This document shows, in pieces, positions 35,288-48,125 of a DNA stretch of 64,000 bases (positions within the stretch are counted from its first letter, which is position 1; the number at the start of each line of letters is the position of its first letter). The stretch comes from Mobula hypostoma. Lineage: Eukaryota. A program made the translations under genes and the position numbers. The notes beneath the pieces were generated by a model that worked only from the letters and a program-made list of their open reading frames with translations, did not search any database and was not told the DNA's origin. The stretch covers positions 204,726,001 to 204,790,000 of the forward strand of contig NC_086097.1 of the NCBI RefSeq assembly GCF_963921235.1. The letters run 5' to 3'.

Positions 35288-38284
35288 AACATTGCAGGTA
35301 GGTTTGCTAGCATGGTTCGGGAGGGTTTAAACTAATTTGCGAGGGGGATGGGACCCAGTGCGATAGAGCAGTGAAAGAAGTGCATGGAGTAAAGCCAGAT
35401 CTAACATACGGAGAGGCTTTGAGGAAAGAGAAGCAGAATAAACGGTGTAAAGACAGTAAGGTAGAAGGGCTGTAAAGTGTGTACCTCAATGGAAGAAGCA
35501 TCAGGAACAAAGGTGATGAACTGAGAGCTTGGATACATACATGGAATTATGATGTAGTGGCCATTACACCAGGGCAGGAATGGATTCTCAATATTCCTGG
35601 ATTTCAGTGCTTCAAAAGGGATAGAGAGGGTGGAAAAAGGGGAGGAGGGGTGACATTACTGGTCAGCTATAGAAAGGGTGGGTAATGTAGCAGGATCCTC
35701 TTTTGAGTCAATATGGGTGGAAGTCAGGAACTGGAAGGGAGCAGTTACTCTATTGGGGGTATTCTATAGGCCCCCTGGTAGCAGCAGAGATACAGAGGGG
35801 CAGATTGGGAGGCAGATTTTGGTAAGGTGCAAAAATAACAGGGTTGTTATCATGGGTGACTTTAACTTCCCTAATATTGATTGGCACTTGATTAATTCCA
35901 AGGGTTTAGATGGGGCAGAGTTTGTTAAGTGTGTCTAGGACGGATTCCTGTCACAGTATGTGGACAGGCCGACCAGGGGGAATGCCATACTAGATCTAGT
36001 ACTAGGTAATGAACCGGGTCAGGTCACAGATCTCTCAGTGGGTGAGCATCTGGGGGACAGTGACCACCGCTCCCTGGCCTTTAGCATTATGATGGAAAAG
36101 GATAGAATCAGAGAGGACAGGAAAATTTTTAATCGGGGAAAGGCAAATTATGAGGCTATAAGGTTAGAACTTGCGGGTGTGAATTGGGATGATGTTTTTG
36201 CAGGGAAATGTACTATGGACATGTGGGCGATGTTCAGATATCTCTTGCGGGATGTTAGGGATAAATTTGTCCTGGTGAGGAAGATAAAGAATGGTAGGGT
36301 GAAGGAACCATGGGTGACAAGTGAGGTGGAAAATCTAGTCAGGTGGAAGAACGCAGCATACGTAAGCATTAGGAAGCAAGCATCAGATGGGTCTATTGAG
36401 GAATATAGGGAAGCAAGAAAGGAGCTTAAGAAGGAGCTGAGAAGAGCAAGAAGGGGGCATGAGAAAGCCTTGGCGAGTAGGGTAAAGGAAAACCCCAAGG
36501 CATTCTTCAATTATGTGAAGAAAAAAAGGATGACAGGAGTGAAGGTAGGACCGATTAGAGATAAAGGTGGGAAGATGTGCCTGGAGGCTGTGGAAGTGAG
36601 CGAGATCCTCAATGAATACTTCTCTTCGGTATTCACCAATGAGAGGGAACTTGATGATGGTGAGGACAATATGAGTGAGGTTGTTCTGGAGCATGTTGAT
36701 ATTAAGGGAGAGGAGGTGTTGGAGTTGTTAAAATACATTAGGATGGATAAGTCCCCGGGGCCTGATGGAATATTCCCCAGGCTGCTCCACGAGGCGAGGG
36801 AAGAGATTGCTGAGCCTCTGGCTAGGATCCTTATGTCCTCGTTGTCCATGGGAATGGTACCGGAGGACTGGAGGGAGGCAAATGTTGTCCCCTTGTTCAA
36901 AAAAGGTAGTAGGGTAGTAGGGATAGTCCGGGTAATTATAGACCAGTGAGCCTTATGTCTGTGGTGGGAAAGCTGTTGGAAAAAACTCTTAGAGATAGGA
37001 TCTCTGGACATTTAGAGAATCATGGTCTGATCAGGGACAATGAAGGGCAGATCTTGTCTAACAAGCCTGATAGAGTTCTTTGAGGAGGTGACCAGGCATT
37101 AGATGAGGATAGTGCAGTGGATGTGATCTAGGTGGATTTTAGTAAGGCATTTGACAAGGTTCCACACGGTAGGCCCATTCAGAAAGTTAGAAGGCATGGG
37201 ATCCAGGGAAATTTGGCCAGGTGGATTCAGAATTGGCTTGCCTGCAGAAGGCAGAGGGTGGTGGTGGAGGGAGTACATTCAGATTGGAGGATTGTGACTA
37301 GTGGTGTCCCACAAGGATCTGTTCTGGGACCTCTACTTTTCGTGATTTTTATTAACGACCTGGATGTGGGGGTAGAAGGGTGGGTTGGCAAGTTTGCAGA
37401 CGACACATAGGTTGGTGGTGTTGTAGATAGTGTAGAGGATTGTCAAAGATTGCAGAGAGACATTGATAGGATGCAGAAGTGGGCTGAGAAGTGGCAGATG
37501 GAGTTCAACCCGGAGAAGTGTGAGGTGGTACACTTTGGAAGGACAAACTCCAAGGCAGAGTACAAAGTAAATGGCAGGATACTTGGTAGTGTGGAGGAGC
37601 AGAGGGATCTCGGGGTACATGTCCACAGATCCCTGAAAGTTGCCTCACAGGTGGATAGGGTAGGTAAGAAAGCTTATGGGGTGTTAGCTTTCATAAGTCG
37701 AGGGATAGAGTTTAAGAGTCGCGATGTAATGATGCAGTTCTATAAAACTCTGGTTCGGCCACACTTGGAGTACTGTGTCCGGTTCTGGTCACCTCACTAT
37801 AGGAAGGATGTGGAAGCATTGGAAAGGGTACAGAGGAGATTTACCAGGATGCTGCCTGGTTTAGAAAGTATGCATTATGATCAGAGATTAAGGGAGCTAG
37901 GGCTTTACTCTTTGGAGAGAAGGAAGATGAGAGGAGACATGATAGAGGTATACAAGATAATAAGAGGAATAGATAGAGTGGACAGCCAGCGTCTCTTCCC
38001 CAGGGCACCACTGCTCAATACATGAGGACATGGCTTTAAGATAAGGGGTGGGAAGTTCAAGGGGGATATTAGAGGAAGGTTTTTTACTCAGAGAGTGGTT
38101 GGTGCATGGAATTCACTGCCTGAGTCAGTGGTGGAGGCAGATACACTAGTGAAGTTTAAGAGACTACTAGACAGGTATATGGAGGAATCTAAGGTGGGGG
38201 CTTATATGGGAGGCAGGGTTTGAGGGTCGGCACAACATTGTGGGCCGAAGGGCCTGTACTGTGCTGTACTATTCTATGTTCTAT
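35288..38284 (+). mobile_element. Young CR1 LINE: end of ORF1, near-complete ORF2 (APE-RT) with several stops and frameshifts, 3' UTR
   Basis: AGRFASMVREGLN* (ORF1 end); [61 protein letters not shown]; tail attctatgttctat. Confidence 0.97.
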
Positions 38285-38517
38285 TGCTTGTTTTTTGTTT
38301 ATACAGATGATTGATTTTGTTTGCATAGCGAAAATACTTGCTGACTGATGTCCTCATTGTGATTGAAATACAGATAAAGTTTTCATCAATTTCCACGGAT
38401 TATTGGTTAATGATGTGCAACACAGCTCTAAATGTAGATACAAATGAGATAATTATTTTCCTTCATGAAATTGTAGATTATTACTCGTTGTTTCGTTCTT
38501 GCCATTCGTTTCAATGA

Positions 38518-38702
38518 GCAATACACACAATGTTGGGAGAACTCAACGGGTCGGGCAGTATCTATGGAGGTAAATGGATATTTGAAGTTTTGGTAAAAAA
38601 CCTGAGACATCAACTGCCCATTTCCCTTCATAGATGGTGCCTGACTTGCCAAGTTCTTCCATCATTTGGGGGGGGGTTGCTCTGGGTTTCTAGCATCTGC
38701 AT
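38518..38702. mobile_element. Degraded Penelope-derived palindromic repeat
   Basis: Both arms recognisable (cacacaatgttgggagaactcaacgggtcgggcagtatctatgg / catagatggtgcctgacttgccaagttcttccatcatt); centre deleted. Confidence 0.6.
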
Positions 38703-39264
38703 TTATTTTTTTTGTCTTTGTCTTGCTTTTAGCCACCTCTTTTATTCTGCAGTGCTATGTTGTCTTTGTTTAATTGGTTAGCCTCATGATTCTTTAATAA
38801 GCTACATAGTTAGCCTGTGATTTCCACTGTACGTTCAGCAAACAGAAAACCTTCCCCTGGAGTTCATTTGATGTGTTTCTTTTAACAATGTTATTTAAAT
38901 AATATTTTTCATTTGAGAAAAGAGATCACCATAGCTTTGCAACCTGAGCAACTCTTTCACAGAGGAAATTTGTCTAACGAGAAATTACGGAGAAAGGGTT
39001 TGTATATCATTGGAGTTGATTCAGATAGTGCAGCTCAGCCATGTAGCATTTTTGCTTCCAGTGTAAAGGATTTTTTGGATATTAATTATTTTTTAGATAT
39101 TAGTGCAGGTAACGGCAAACTTGGAATGAATATTGATAGAGCACCAGATTTTTTTTATGGGTAGAAGAATAATTAGTCTCAGAACATGCATACAGTAGAT
39201 GAAGCACTTGTGAGTATTAGATTAAATACAATATATCATATTTTATAATTGTTAATGATTGAAA

Positions 39265-39945
39265 TTGCCAATGGTTGTCACAGCAGTAGGCAAGTTAATC
39301 GGAGATCTTAAATCCATAATTGTCTTGGTAAAAGAGACAGAGATTAGTGGTAGATTGGGTGCCTATGATTAGTGATATTCCATAGGGACTGGTGTTGGGA
39401 CCCCTGCTGTTTGTAATATACTTGAAAGATTTGGATGTATGCCGCAAAATTGGTAAGTTCCGAGACAATGTAAAGGTAGTGATCGGCTGCAGAGTGATAT
39501 TGGTGTTCTGGTGAACTTGGCTGACAAAATGACATATGGAATTTAATTTAGATAAGTATGAGTTGATGCATTTTGGGTGTAGCAGTGACACCAGGATATA
39601 AACTATGTATGTCAAATTCCTTGGAAGTACTGAGGAACAGAAGTTGTAAAAGTATAGGGATCCTTGAATGTGGCTGTACAGGTAGATAAAGTGCTGAAGA
39701 AGGCATATGGGATGTTAGCTTTCATTAGACAGGGCACTGAATACAATGATACCATGGTTGTGCTCTAAACTTAGCTGCAGTACTGTGTGCAGCTCCACTT
39801 GTCACACTGCCACAGGACATGGTGATGTGGGAACAGTAACAGTATTTAATGCCTGAATGAGCAAGGCATAGAGGGATATGGAATTAATGCAAGTAAGTGG
39901 GTAAGTGCATGGAGGTAGTGGGTGGAAGGGCCTTTACACTATACG
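39265..39945 (+). mobile_element. Old CR1 RT/3' fragment
   Basis: Degenerate [19 protein letters not shown] and W.MEFNLDKYELMHFG. Confidence 0.7.
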
Positions 39946-40154
39946 ACTACATATAATATTTACGTATATAATACAACATCATATATGTGATATATAAATT
40001 TGCGTGGCAGAAATTGGTTGTCTGAAACTAATAGTTAACAAGTTCTGGAGCTCCCAGTGTCTTTTGGAAATTGTGCATCCTAACCTGTTCAGATCACCTC
40101 CCAGCATATTGCAGGTTACTTCTAACCTTTAACTAGTTATTAATTAGTACATGC

Positions 40155-40262
40155 CACACATAAAAAATGCTGGAGGAACTCAGCAGGCCAGGAAGCATCT
40201 AAAGAAAAAAGTCCAGAAAAGTCTACTTGATGTTTCAGGCCAAAACCCTTTGACAGGACTGG
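40155..40262 (-). mobile_element. Single arm of the Penelope-derived repeat with decayed hammerhead motif
   Basis: Minus strand ccagtcctgtcaaagggttttggcctgaaacatc. Confidence 0.65.
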
Positions 40263-40305
40263 CCTTTTTCTGATCTATATCCTGCTGTATACTTGCAACC
40301 TTCTT

Positions 40306-40351
<46 letters not shown>
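40306..40351. repeat. (TA)n(CA)n(TA)n microsatellite
   Basis: Direct reading. Confidence 0.95.
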
Positions 40352-40352
<1 letters not shown>

Positions 40353-40639
40353 CACCATTTCACACAGACATCTAGTCGGGAAAGTATTATCCACCACTAC
40401 ATTCTGCCGTCTGTAACCTAACCCTAATCATATATTCTTAATTATAATATAATCTCAATCCAATTGTAGGCATTCGGCTTTTTTCCAGTGGTTCAATCAA
40501 ATCAACAGGGGTAGCTCCACACAGGTAGAGATGAGCAATTTTAAAAAGTAGTGTTTGCGGGCTTTTGGCATTTTCCAGCAGACCCAATTGTATCATGATT
40601 CATTAGAAAGGGCAAATAAAAGTAACAAAGTGACAAGTG

Positions 40640-42068
40640 GAGCAGCTATTGTTGGAGTGGACCAATGTTAGAGTGGAGAGGCTTTGGCCCAACAGGCTTG
40701 GGTGAGGTAAGTTCCTTCATTCTTCCTCTGTTAGTGCATAGTTACTATAGTGAGAATGGATCCAGGGGCTGTGTTGTGTTCTTTGTATGAGATGCAGGAA
40801 TTCAGGGACACCTTCTGCCTCCTAGATAACCATATATGCACGAGGTGTATCGAGCTGCAGCTCCTTAGTAAACATATGCAGGAACTGGAACTGCAGCTGA
40901 ATGACCATTGACTCATATGGGGAAAATCCCAGTTAGCCTGACCTCAGTGGTTTGGAGGATGTTGGAGTCAATTGTTAATGATGAGGTCTCAGCATACTTG
41001 GAAGGCACATGATAACATGGGCCTAAATCAGCAAAAGGAGAGATTTTGCCTGACAAATCTGTTGTAATGCTTTGAGGAAATAATGAGCAGGATAGACAAA
41101 AGAGAATTAGTGGATATTGTTTACTTGGATTTTCATAAGGACTTTGAGAACATGATACACATGAGGCTGCTTAACAAAATAAGAGCTAATGATATTACAA
41201 GAAAAATACTAGCATGGATAAAGGATTGGCTGATTGGCAGGAGGTAAAGAGTAGAAATAATGGGAGACTTTTATAGCTGGCTGCCAGTGAGGAGTGGAGT
41301 TCCACCGGAGTCTATGTTGGGACCATTTCTTTTTAAATTATATATCAATGATTTGGATGGCTTTGTAGAAATACAAAGATAGGCGGAGTGGCAGGCTGTG
41401 TTGAGGTAGCAGGGAGGTTGCAGAAGGACAGGCAGACTGATAGTGAGGAAAACAAATGCAATTTAACATTCATTTTGAGGGAACTAGAATATAAAAGCAA
41501 GGATATAATGCAGAGACTTCATATATTATTTGTGAGGTCTCACTTGGAGTATTGTTAGCAGCTTTGGGCCACTTATCTAAGAAAGGATGTGTTCAAAGGA
41601 AGCTCACGACAATGATTCTGGGAATAAAAGGTTTATCATATGAGTAGCTTTTGTTGGCGCTGGGCCTGTACTCACTGGAATTTAAAAGAATGAGGAGGAT
41701 CTCATTGAAAACTATCGAATGTTGAAAGGCCTAGATAGATTGGATGTTGAGAGGATGCTTCCAATAGTGGGAGAGTCTGCGACCAGGGGGCACAACTTCA
41801 GAATAGAGGGATGACCATTTAGAATGGAGAATAGGAAGAATTCTTTTAGCTAGAGGGTGGTGAATATGTGGAATCTATTGCCTCTGGTGGCTGTGGAGGC
41901 CAGGTATAATTAAGGTGGAGATTGATGGGTTCTTAATTAGCTAGGGTGTAAAAAGGTTATGGGAAGAATGCAGAAGAATGTTGTTGAGAGGTAAAATGGA
42001 TCAGTCATGATGGAATTTTGCAGCCAATGGGCCGAATGGGCTAATGCTGCTCGTATGTCTTATGGTTT
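40640..42068 (+). mobile_element. Internally deleted CR1: 5' UTR and ORF1 N-terminus fused to the RT half of ORF2 and 3' UTR
   Basis: ORF1-like MDPGAVLCSLYEMQEFRDTFCLLDNHICTRCIELQLL (~40756-40870) joined at ~40930 to PVSLTSVV; DIVYLDFHKDFE; CR1 tail. Confidence 0.85.
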
Positions 42069-42189
42069 TCTAACAACTCAAACAAGATCCTATGTGACTT
42101 AATCTGGACCAATTTAATATGATGGACCTTGTCAAATGCTTCCCTGAAAGTTCATGTAGACAACCCTTAGCTGTATTGGGAGATATCAC

Positions 42190-42935
42190 ACAAGGCTTCT
42201 TTTTTACAAATTGATATGCAGCACTGCAGGAGAACAGAGGCAGAGACACTAAAACAACATAGTGTGACGGGGATGGTGAACTAAAATGGCAGATAACGTG
42301 AAGACTACTGCCTCTTACGTGGTCTGCAAAATCCAATCGGTGTTTGGCCTTCCAATGTAGAGGAGATGGCATTGTGAACAGTGAATGAAGTAGGCCAGAT
42401 TTCAGAAAGCACAAGTAAGTCACCGAGAAGAACTGATTGATTTGCAGGATGGTGAGAGGGGAAGAAATGAAAAGAAAACAAGTATCGCAAATCCTACAGT
42501 TATATGGGAAAGTTCCTTAAGAATAGAAGTAATTAGTGGTGATAAAAGAACAGACCAATGGAACAGTCCTTTTAAAGAGATGAAAGGGAAGGGGCAGATT
42601 GAAATCACATTGAAGGTACACAATTGTGAAGGCTGATGTGTATTTGTGGAGGCTACTCAGTGATAATTGGTGTCCAGGGAATTTCTATCCTTATTCTTTC
42701 CAGAAACAAAGGGAGTGAGGTCAGAGTTGCAGGAAGTAGTTAAGATGTGTAGGACTCTGTTATCTATGGTAACTTGGCAGGCACTGTTCGGAAGATAAAA
42801 GATATCTCAGAGTCATCGGTGTGGCATATCTCACAATTGAAGTCTATGTAACAGAGATAGAAGAATTTAGAGAAAGATATAGAGTCTTTACAGCAAACAG
42901 TATAAGAAAATGTAGCTGAGGGAGCTTGTAGGCTT
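42190..42935 (-). mobile_element. Penelope-like element remnant (RT C-terminus and GIY-YIG endonuclease)
   Basis: Reverse strand CKDSISFSKFFYLC (cf. CKDSIPFSQFLRL, ~42850-42895) and ORF 42070-42423 KAKHRLDFADHVRGSSLHVICHFSSPSPSH (cf. GETKRRL..RFAEHLRS...PVA.HFNSPSHS). Confidence 0.75.
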
Positions 42936-44382
42936 CAAAATCAATACATTTTAGCATGCTATTTATTTTGTAGTTTATTCAGGGCATGCAGAATGTATAA
43001 GTGTCAAAAAAGGTTTTTTGCATGAATGAGGTTCATGGAACAACTGATGTTAATTAATGGTGAGGAAAAAGCTTATTGAATGTATGTGGCACATATGAAA
43101 AATTGAGAGTTTTATTCTGGCTGTTATCCTTAGTTTTGTCGTCTTTTTGATTATATGGAATTAAGTGCTTTAAAATATTGTTGATAGTCTTGACTTCAAT
43201 ATATTATAAGGCTTTTTTTCATCACTATTTCCTACACCTTCATCAGCAAAGAGAATGAATACCTTCTTATCTATCTTCCCCCAGTATGGATTTTAGGACA
43301 CTGTCTCATATGGCAGTGTGTGGATAAGAAGTCTACGCTCTCCAAAATTTTATGACTGTAACAGTTCCTTTACCTTTTGTTCGAAGTAGAAATGAGACAG
43401 AAGCTGCAAATCATTCAAATACCTTTGTAGGGTAATTATGAGAACCCATTTGAGTGTATTGGGAGCTCATATTGTGTAGAATGGGAACATTCATATTTCA
43501 TTGATCTTTGGCTTTGCCTGAGATGTGGATTTTGAGTGTATTTATCAGATGAGCAACTGCCATTTTCAAGAACATAAATATGCTAATTTTGTTTTCCTAT
43601 TGAACCAAAAATAAAATGATATTGGAAGGGAAGGGGAACAGGTATTTATTTTGGTATCTCTCCTGATGTACTGGCTGATTTTACTGCTGGCCTGGTGACT
43701 GTTCCCCTGAACTGAAATGATCCAGTGCAACAATTTAAAACTTTCCTCAATTTTTGATGACTCCTTACGTTCTTGAAGCTGAGGAATATTAATGCTTCAA
43801 CATTTTATTTGGAGTCTTACTTTACATGCATTATTTCCAACTTTTACTACATCAGTGGGTAATTTTCTTTTTCATTTTAGTCATCCTTATGACAATTCAT
43901 ACTAAATTATGGACAGTTCTGTGATGTACAAAACTGCACACATTGACATAAGCGATGCTTTCACAAATCATTGCACAAAAAGTTTGCCATATGCCATTTG
44001 TTCTATAAGTCCAAGCTAGGTATTTTTGCTTCTGATGTTACATAAAATTTTCCCCCATTTACTTTAATACAACTATGCATTTCCTTTGTAATGTACTTTA
44101 GTATGGACTGATCTTGTTTGGACAATATAGAGATAAAAAAAAACCTTACAAAATAACTTCCGGACCTGTGGCAGTGTTTAAAACTGCTGGGTGGTGTTCT
44201 GTTGGATCACACAGGATTGATTGGAACAGCAAGAGTAGTCCCATGCTGAAGTTGTGTTGCTGGAGGAACATTTTAAATGTGACCATTTGTAAAGGGGCTG
44301 TACAACACATATGTATGGCCCCAATATTCCAGAGAACTAAAAGCCCAGGTTTGTTGCTACTCGCCTACCAAGTCTGCACTTG

Positions 44383-44846
44383 CAGTACTGTGCAATAGTC
44401 TTAGGAACATATATACAATGTAACTAGGGTGCCTAAGACTTTTGTACAGTACTGTAGTAATTTTATGTATTGGACTGTACTGCTGCCACAAAAAAAATCA
44501 TGACATATTTGAGTGATGATAAACCTGATTCTGGTATGGGTCTCTATTGTGGACTCAGAGTGGGAGGGGTTAGGGAGAGGGGAATCATGGTTGGGAAAAG
44601 GGGAAGGGAGAAGGGAGGGAATGTGAAGCATGAGAGAGACATTCTGTAATGATAAATAAACCAATTGTTTGGAATCGAATTATTTTGCCTCAGTGCTGTC
44701 TGCACCAGTGCTATCCCACCTCTGCCCTGGCACTCCTCTGCCACCTGTCCCCCACCCCTCACACAGCACCCCAGCCTCACCATCCCCAATAGCCTTCGCT
44801 CTGCCATTAGGACAAATAGAGTATTGTTCAAGTGTCTTAGGCATAT
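44383..44846. mobile_element. Composite mini-MITE element, copy 2 (inverted relative to 11507-12013; distal hairpin truncated)
   Basis: Hairpin 44383-44454 cagtactgtgcaatagtcttagg...cctaagacttttgtacagtactg followed by TA; shared interior; half hairpin 44820-44846. Confidence 0.75.
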
Positions 44847-44889
44847 TCATGAAAACATGAAAACTGCCTGGGGGGGATGAATGCTTTTT

Positions 44890-46440
44890 ATAACAAGCAT
44901 TCGACCCCCTTTGAAGTTTTCATGTTATATTGTTTTACAATATTGTATCACAGTGGATTTAATTAGGCTTTTTTGACACTGATCAACAGAAAGAGACTCT
45001 CATGTCAAAGTGAAAACAGATCTCTACAAAGTGATCTAAATGAATTAGAAATATAAAACACAAAATAATTAATTGCATAAGTATTCACCAGCCCCCGTTA
45101 ATACGACACACCAAATCATCACTGGTGCAGCCAATTGGTTTTAGAAGTCACATAATTAGTTAAATGGAAATCTCTTTTTTTGAGACCCGTGTGCAGTCAA
45201 GGTATTTCAATTGACTGGAGTAAAAATGTTCCTGTATCTGGAAGGTCCAACTGCTGGTGAATCAGTATCCTGCCAAAAGCTGCACCACAAAGACAAAAGA
45301 ATACTCCAAGCAACTCTGTGAAAAGGTTATTGAAAAGCACAAGTCAGGAGATGGATACAAGAAAATTTCCAAGTCACCTAATATCGTTTGGAGTACAGTT
45401 CAGTCAATCATCAAGAAATGTAACGAATATAGCACAGCTGTAAATATGCCTAGAGCAGGCCGTCTTTAAAAGCTGAGTGACCATGTAAGAAGGGGACCAG
45501 TGAGGAAGGCTACCAAGAGACCTATGACAGCTCTGGAGGAGTTACAAGATTCAGTGGCTGAGATGCGAGAGAAAGCCACTGTTGATAAAAACTCACATGA
45601 AATCTAGAGATAGCTAGAAGGCACATGGGAGACTCTGACGTTAATTGGAAAAAGGTTCTATGGTCTGATGAACCCATCAGGCTTAACTCTATGTTTGGCA
45701 TAAGGCAAACACTGCACATCATCAAAAAGACAACATCCCTACTGTGAAGCACAGTGGTGGCTGCATTATACTGTGGGGATGCTTCACTGCAGCAGATCCT
45801 GGAAGGCTTGTGAAAGTAGAGGGTAAAATGAATGCAGCAAAATACAGGGAAATCCTGAAAGAAAACCTAATGCAGTCTGCAAGAGAACTGTGACTTGGAG
45901 AAGATTTGTCTTTTTAGCAAGACAATAACCCCAAGCATAAAGCTAAAGCTACATAGGAATGTCTTAAAATCACCAAAGTTAATATCCTGGATTTGCCAAG
46001 TCAGCGTCCAAACCTCAAACCAATTGAGAAATTGTGGTTAGGCTTGTAGAAGGCTGTTCACTCATGATCTCCATGTAATCTGACAGAGCTTGAGCAGTTT
46101 AGTAAGGAAGAATGGGGAAAAATTGCAGTGTCCAGATGTGCAAAGCTGATAGAGACCTATCCACACATATTCAAGGCTGTGATTGCTGCCAAAGGTGCAC
46201 CTACTAAATACTGACTTGAAGGGGCTGAGTAATTATGCAATCAATTATTTTGTGTTATATATTTGTCATTAATTTAGATCACATAGTAAAGATCTGTTTT
46301 CACTTTGGCATGAACGAGTCTTTTTCTAATAATCAGTGTCAAAAAAGCCAAATTAAATCCACTGTTATTCAATGTTGTAAAACAATAAAACATGAAAACT
46401 TTCGGTGGGGGGGGGTGGGTGAATACATTTTATAGGCACA
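44890..46440 (+). mobile_element. Tc1 DNA transposon (long ~200-bp TIRs), inactivated
   Basis: KTKEYSKQLCEKVIEKHKSGDGYKKISK (45257-45469), WSDE (45661), QDNNPKH, PSQRPNLKPIE; TIRs ~44890-45095 and ~46220-46440. Confidence 0.92.
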
Positions 46441-46442
46441 TA

Positions 46443-48125
46443 CAGTGGCATGCAAAAGTTTGGTTACCCCAGTCAAAATTTCTGTTACTGTGAATAACCA
46501 AGCGAGTAAAAGACGAACTGATTTCCAAAAAGCATAAAGTTAAAGATGACACATTTCTTTAATATTTTAAGCAAGAAAACCTTTTTAATTCCATCTTTTA
46601 CAGTTTCAAAATAACAAAAAAGGAAAAGGGCCCGAAGCAAAAGTTTGGGCACCCTGTTTGGCATTACTTGGTAACACTCCCTTTGGCAAGTATCGCAGCT
46701 TGTAAACGCTTTCTGTAGCCAGCTAAAAGTCTTTCAATTCTTGTTTGGAGGATTTTTACTCATTCTTCCTTTCAAATGGCTTCTAGTTCTGTGAGATTCT
46801 TGGGTTGTCTTTGAGGTCTATCCACAGATTCTCGATGATGTTTAGGTCAGGGGACTGTGAGGGCCATGTCAAAACCTTCAGCTTGTGCCTCTTGAGGTAG
46901 TCCATTGTGGATTTTGAGGTGTGTTTAGGATCATTATCCTGTTGTAGAAGCCATCCTCTTCATTTTCGGCTTTTGTACAGACGATGTGATGTTTGCTTCC
47001 AGAATTTACTGGTATTTAATTGAATTCATTCTTCCCTCTACCAGTAAATGTTCCCCGTGCCACTAGCTGCAACACAAGCCCAAAGCATGATTGATCCACC
47101 CCTGTGCTTAACAGTCAGAGAGGGGTTCTTTTCATGAAATTCTGTACCCTTTTTTCTCCAAACATACCTCTGCTCTTTGCGGCCAAAAAGTTCTATTCAA
47201 AAGGTTCAAAGGAACATCTAAACAAGCCCGATGCATTTTGGAAACAAGTCCTGTGGACTGATGAAGTTGAAATAGCTTTTTTGACACTGATCATTAGAAA
47301 AAGACTTGTTCATGACAAAGTGAAAACAAATCTCTACTATGTGATCAAAATTAATGACAAATATGTAACACAAAATTTTTGGAGAAAAAAGGGTGCAGAA
47401 TTTCATGAAAAGAACACCTCTCCAACTGTTAAGCACGGGGGTGGATCGATCATGCTTTGGGCTTGTGTTGCAGCCAGTGGCACGGGGAATATTTACTGGT
47501 AGAGGGAAGAATGAATTCAATTAAATACCAGCAAATTCTGAAAGCAAACATCACACCGTCTGTAAAAAAGCCAAAAATGAAAAGAGGATGGCTTCTACAA
47601 CAGGATAATGATCCTAAACAGACCTCAAAATCCACAATGGACTACCTCAAGAGGCACAAGCTGAAGGTTTTGCCATGGCCCTCACAGTCTCCTGACCTAA
47701 ACATCATTGAGAATCTGTGGATAGACCTCAAAAGAGCAGTGCATGCAAGACAGCTCAAGAATCTCACAGAACTAGAAGCATTTTGCAAGGAAGAATGGGC
47801 AAAAATATCCCAAACAAGAATTGAAAGACTCTTAGCTGGCTACAGAAAGCGTTTACAAGCTGTGATACTTGCCAAAGGGGGTGTTACTAAGTACTGACCA
47901 TGCAGGGTGCCCAAAGTTTTGCTTCCGGCACTTTTCCTTTTTTGTTATTTTGTTATTTTGAAACTGTAAAAGATGGAAATAAAAAAGTTTTCTTGCTTAA
48001 AATATTAAAGAAATATGTCATCTTTACCTTTATGCCTTTTGGAAATCAGTTTATCTGTTATTTGCTTAGCTATTCACAGTAACAGAAATTTTGACGAGGG
48101 GTACCCAAACTCTTCCATGCCACTG
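46443..48125. mobile_element. Fold-back (palindromic) Tc1 derivative made of two inverted 3' halves
   Basis: TA|CAGTGGCATG...CATGCCACTG|TA; 46443-~47200 is the reverse complement of the right arm (~47266-48125, excluding a patch); ORF 47457-47897 [18 protein letters not shown]. Confidence 0.92.
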
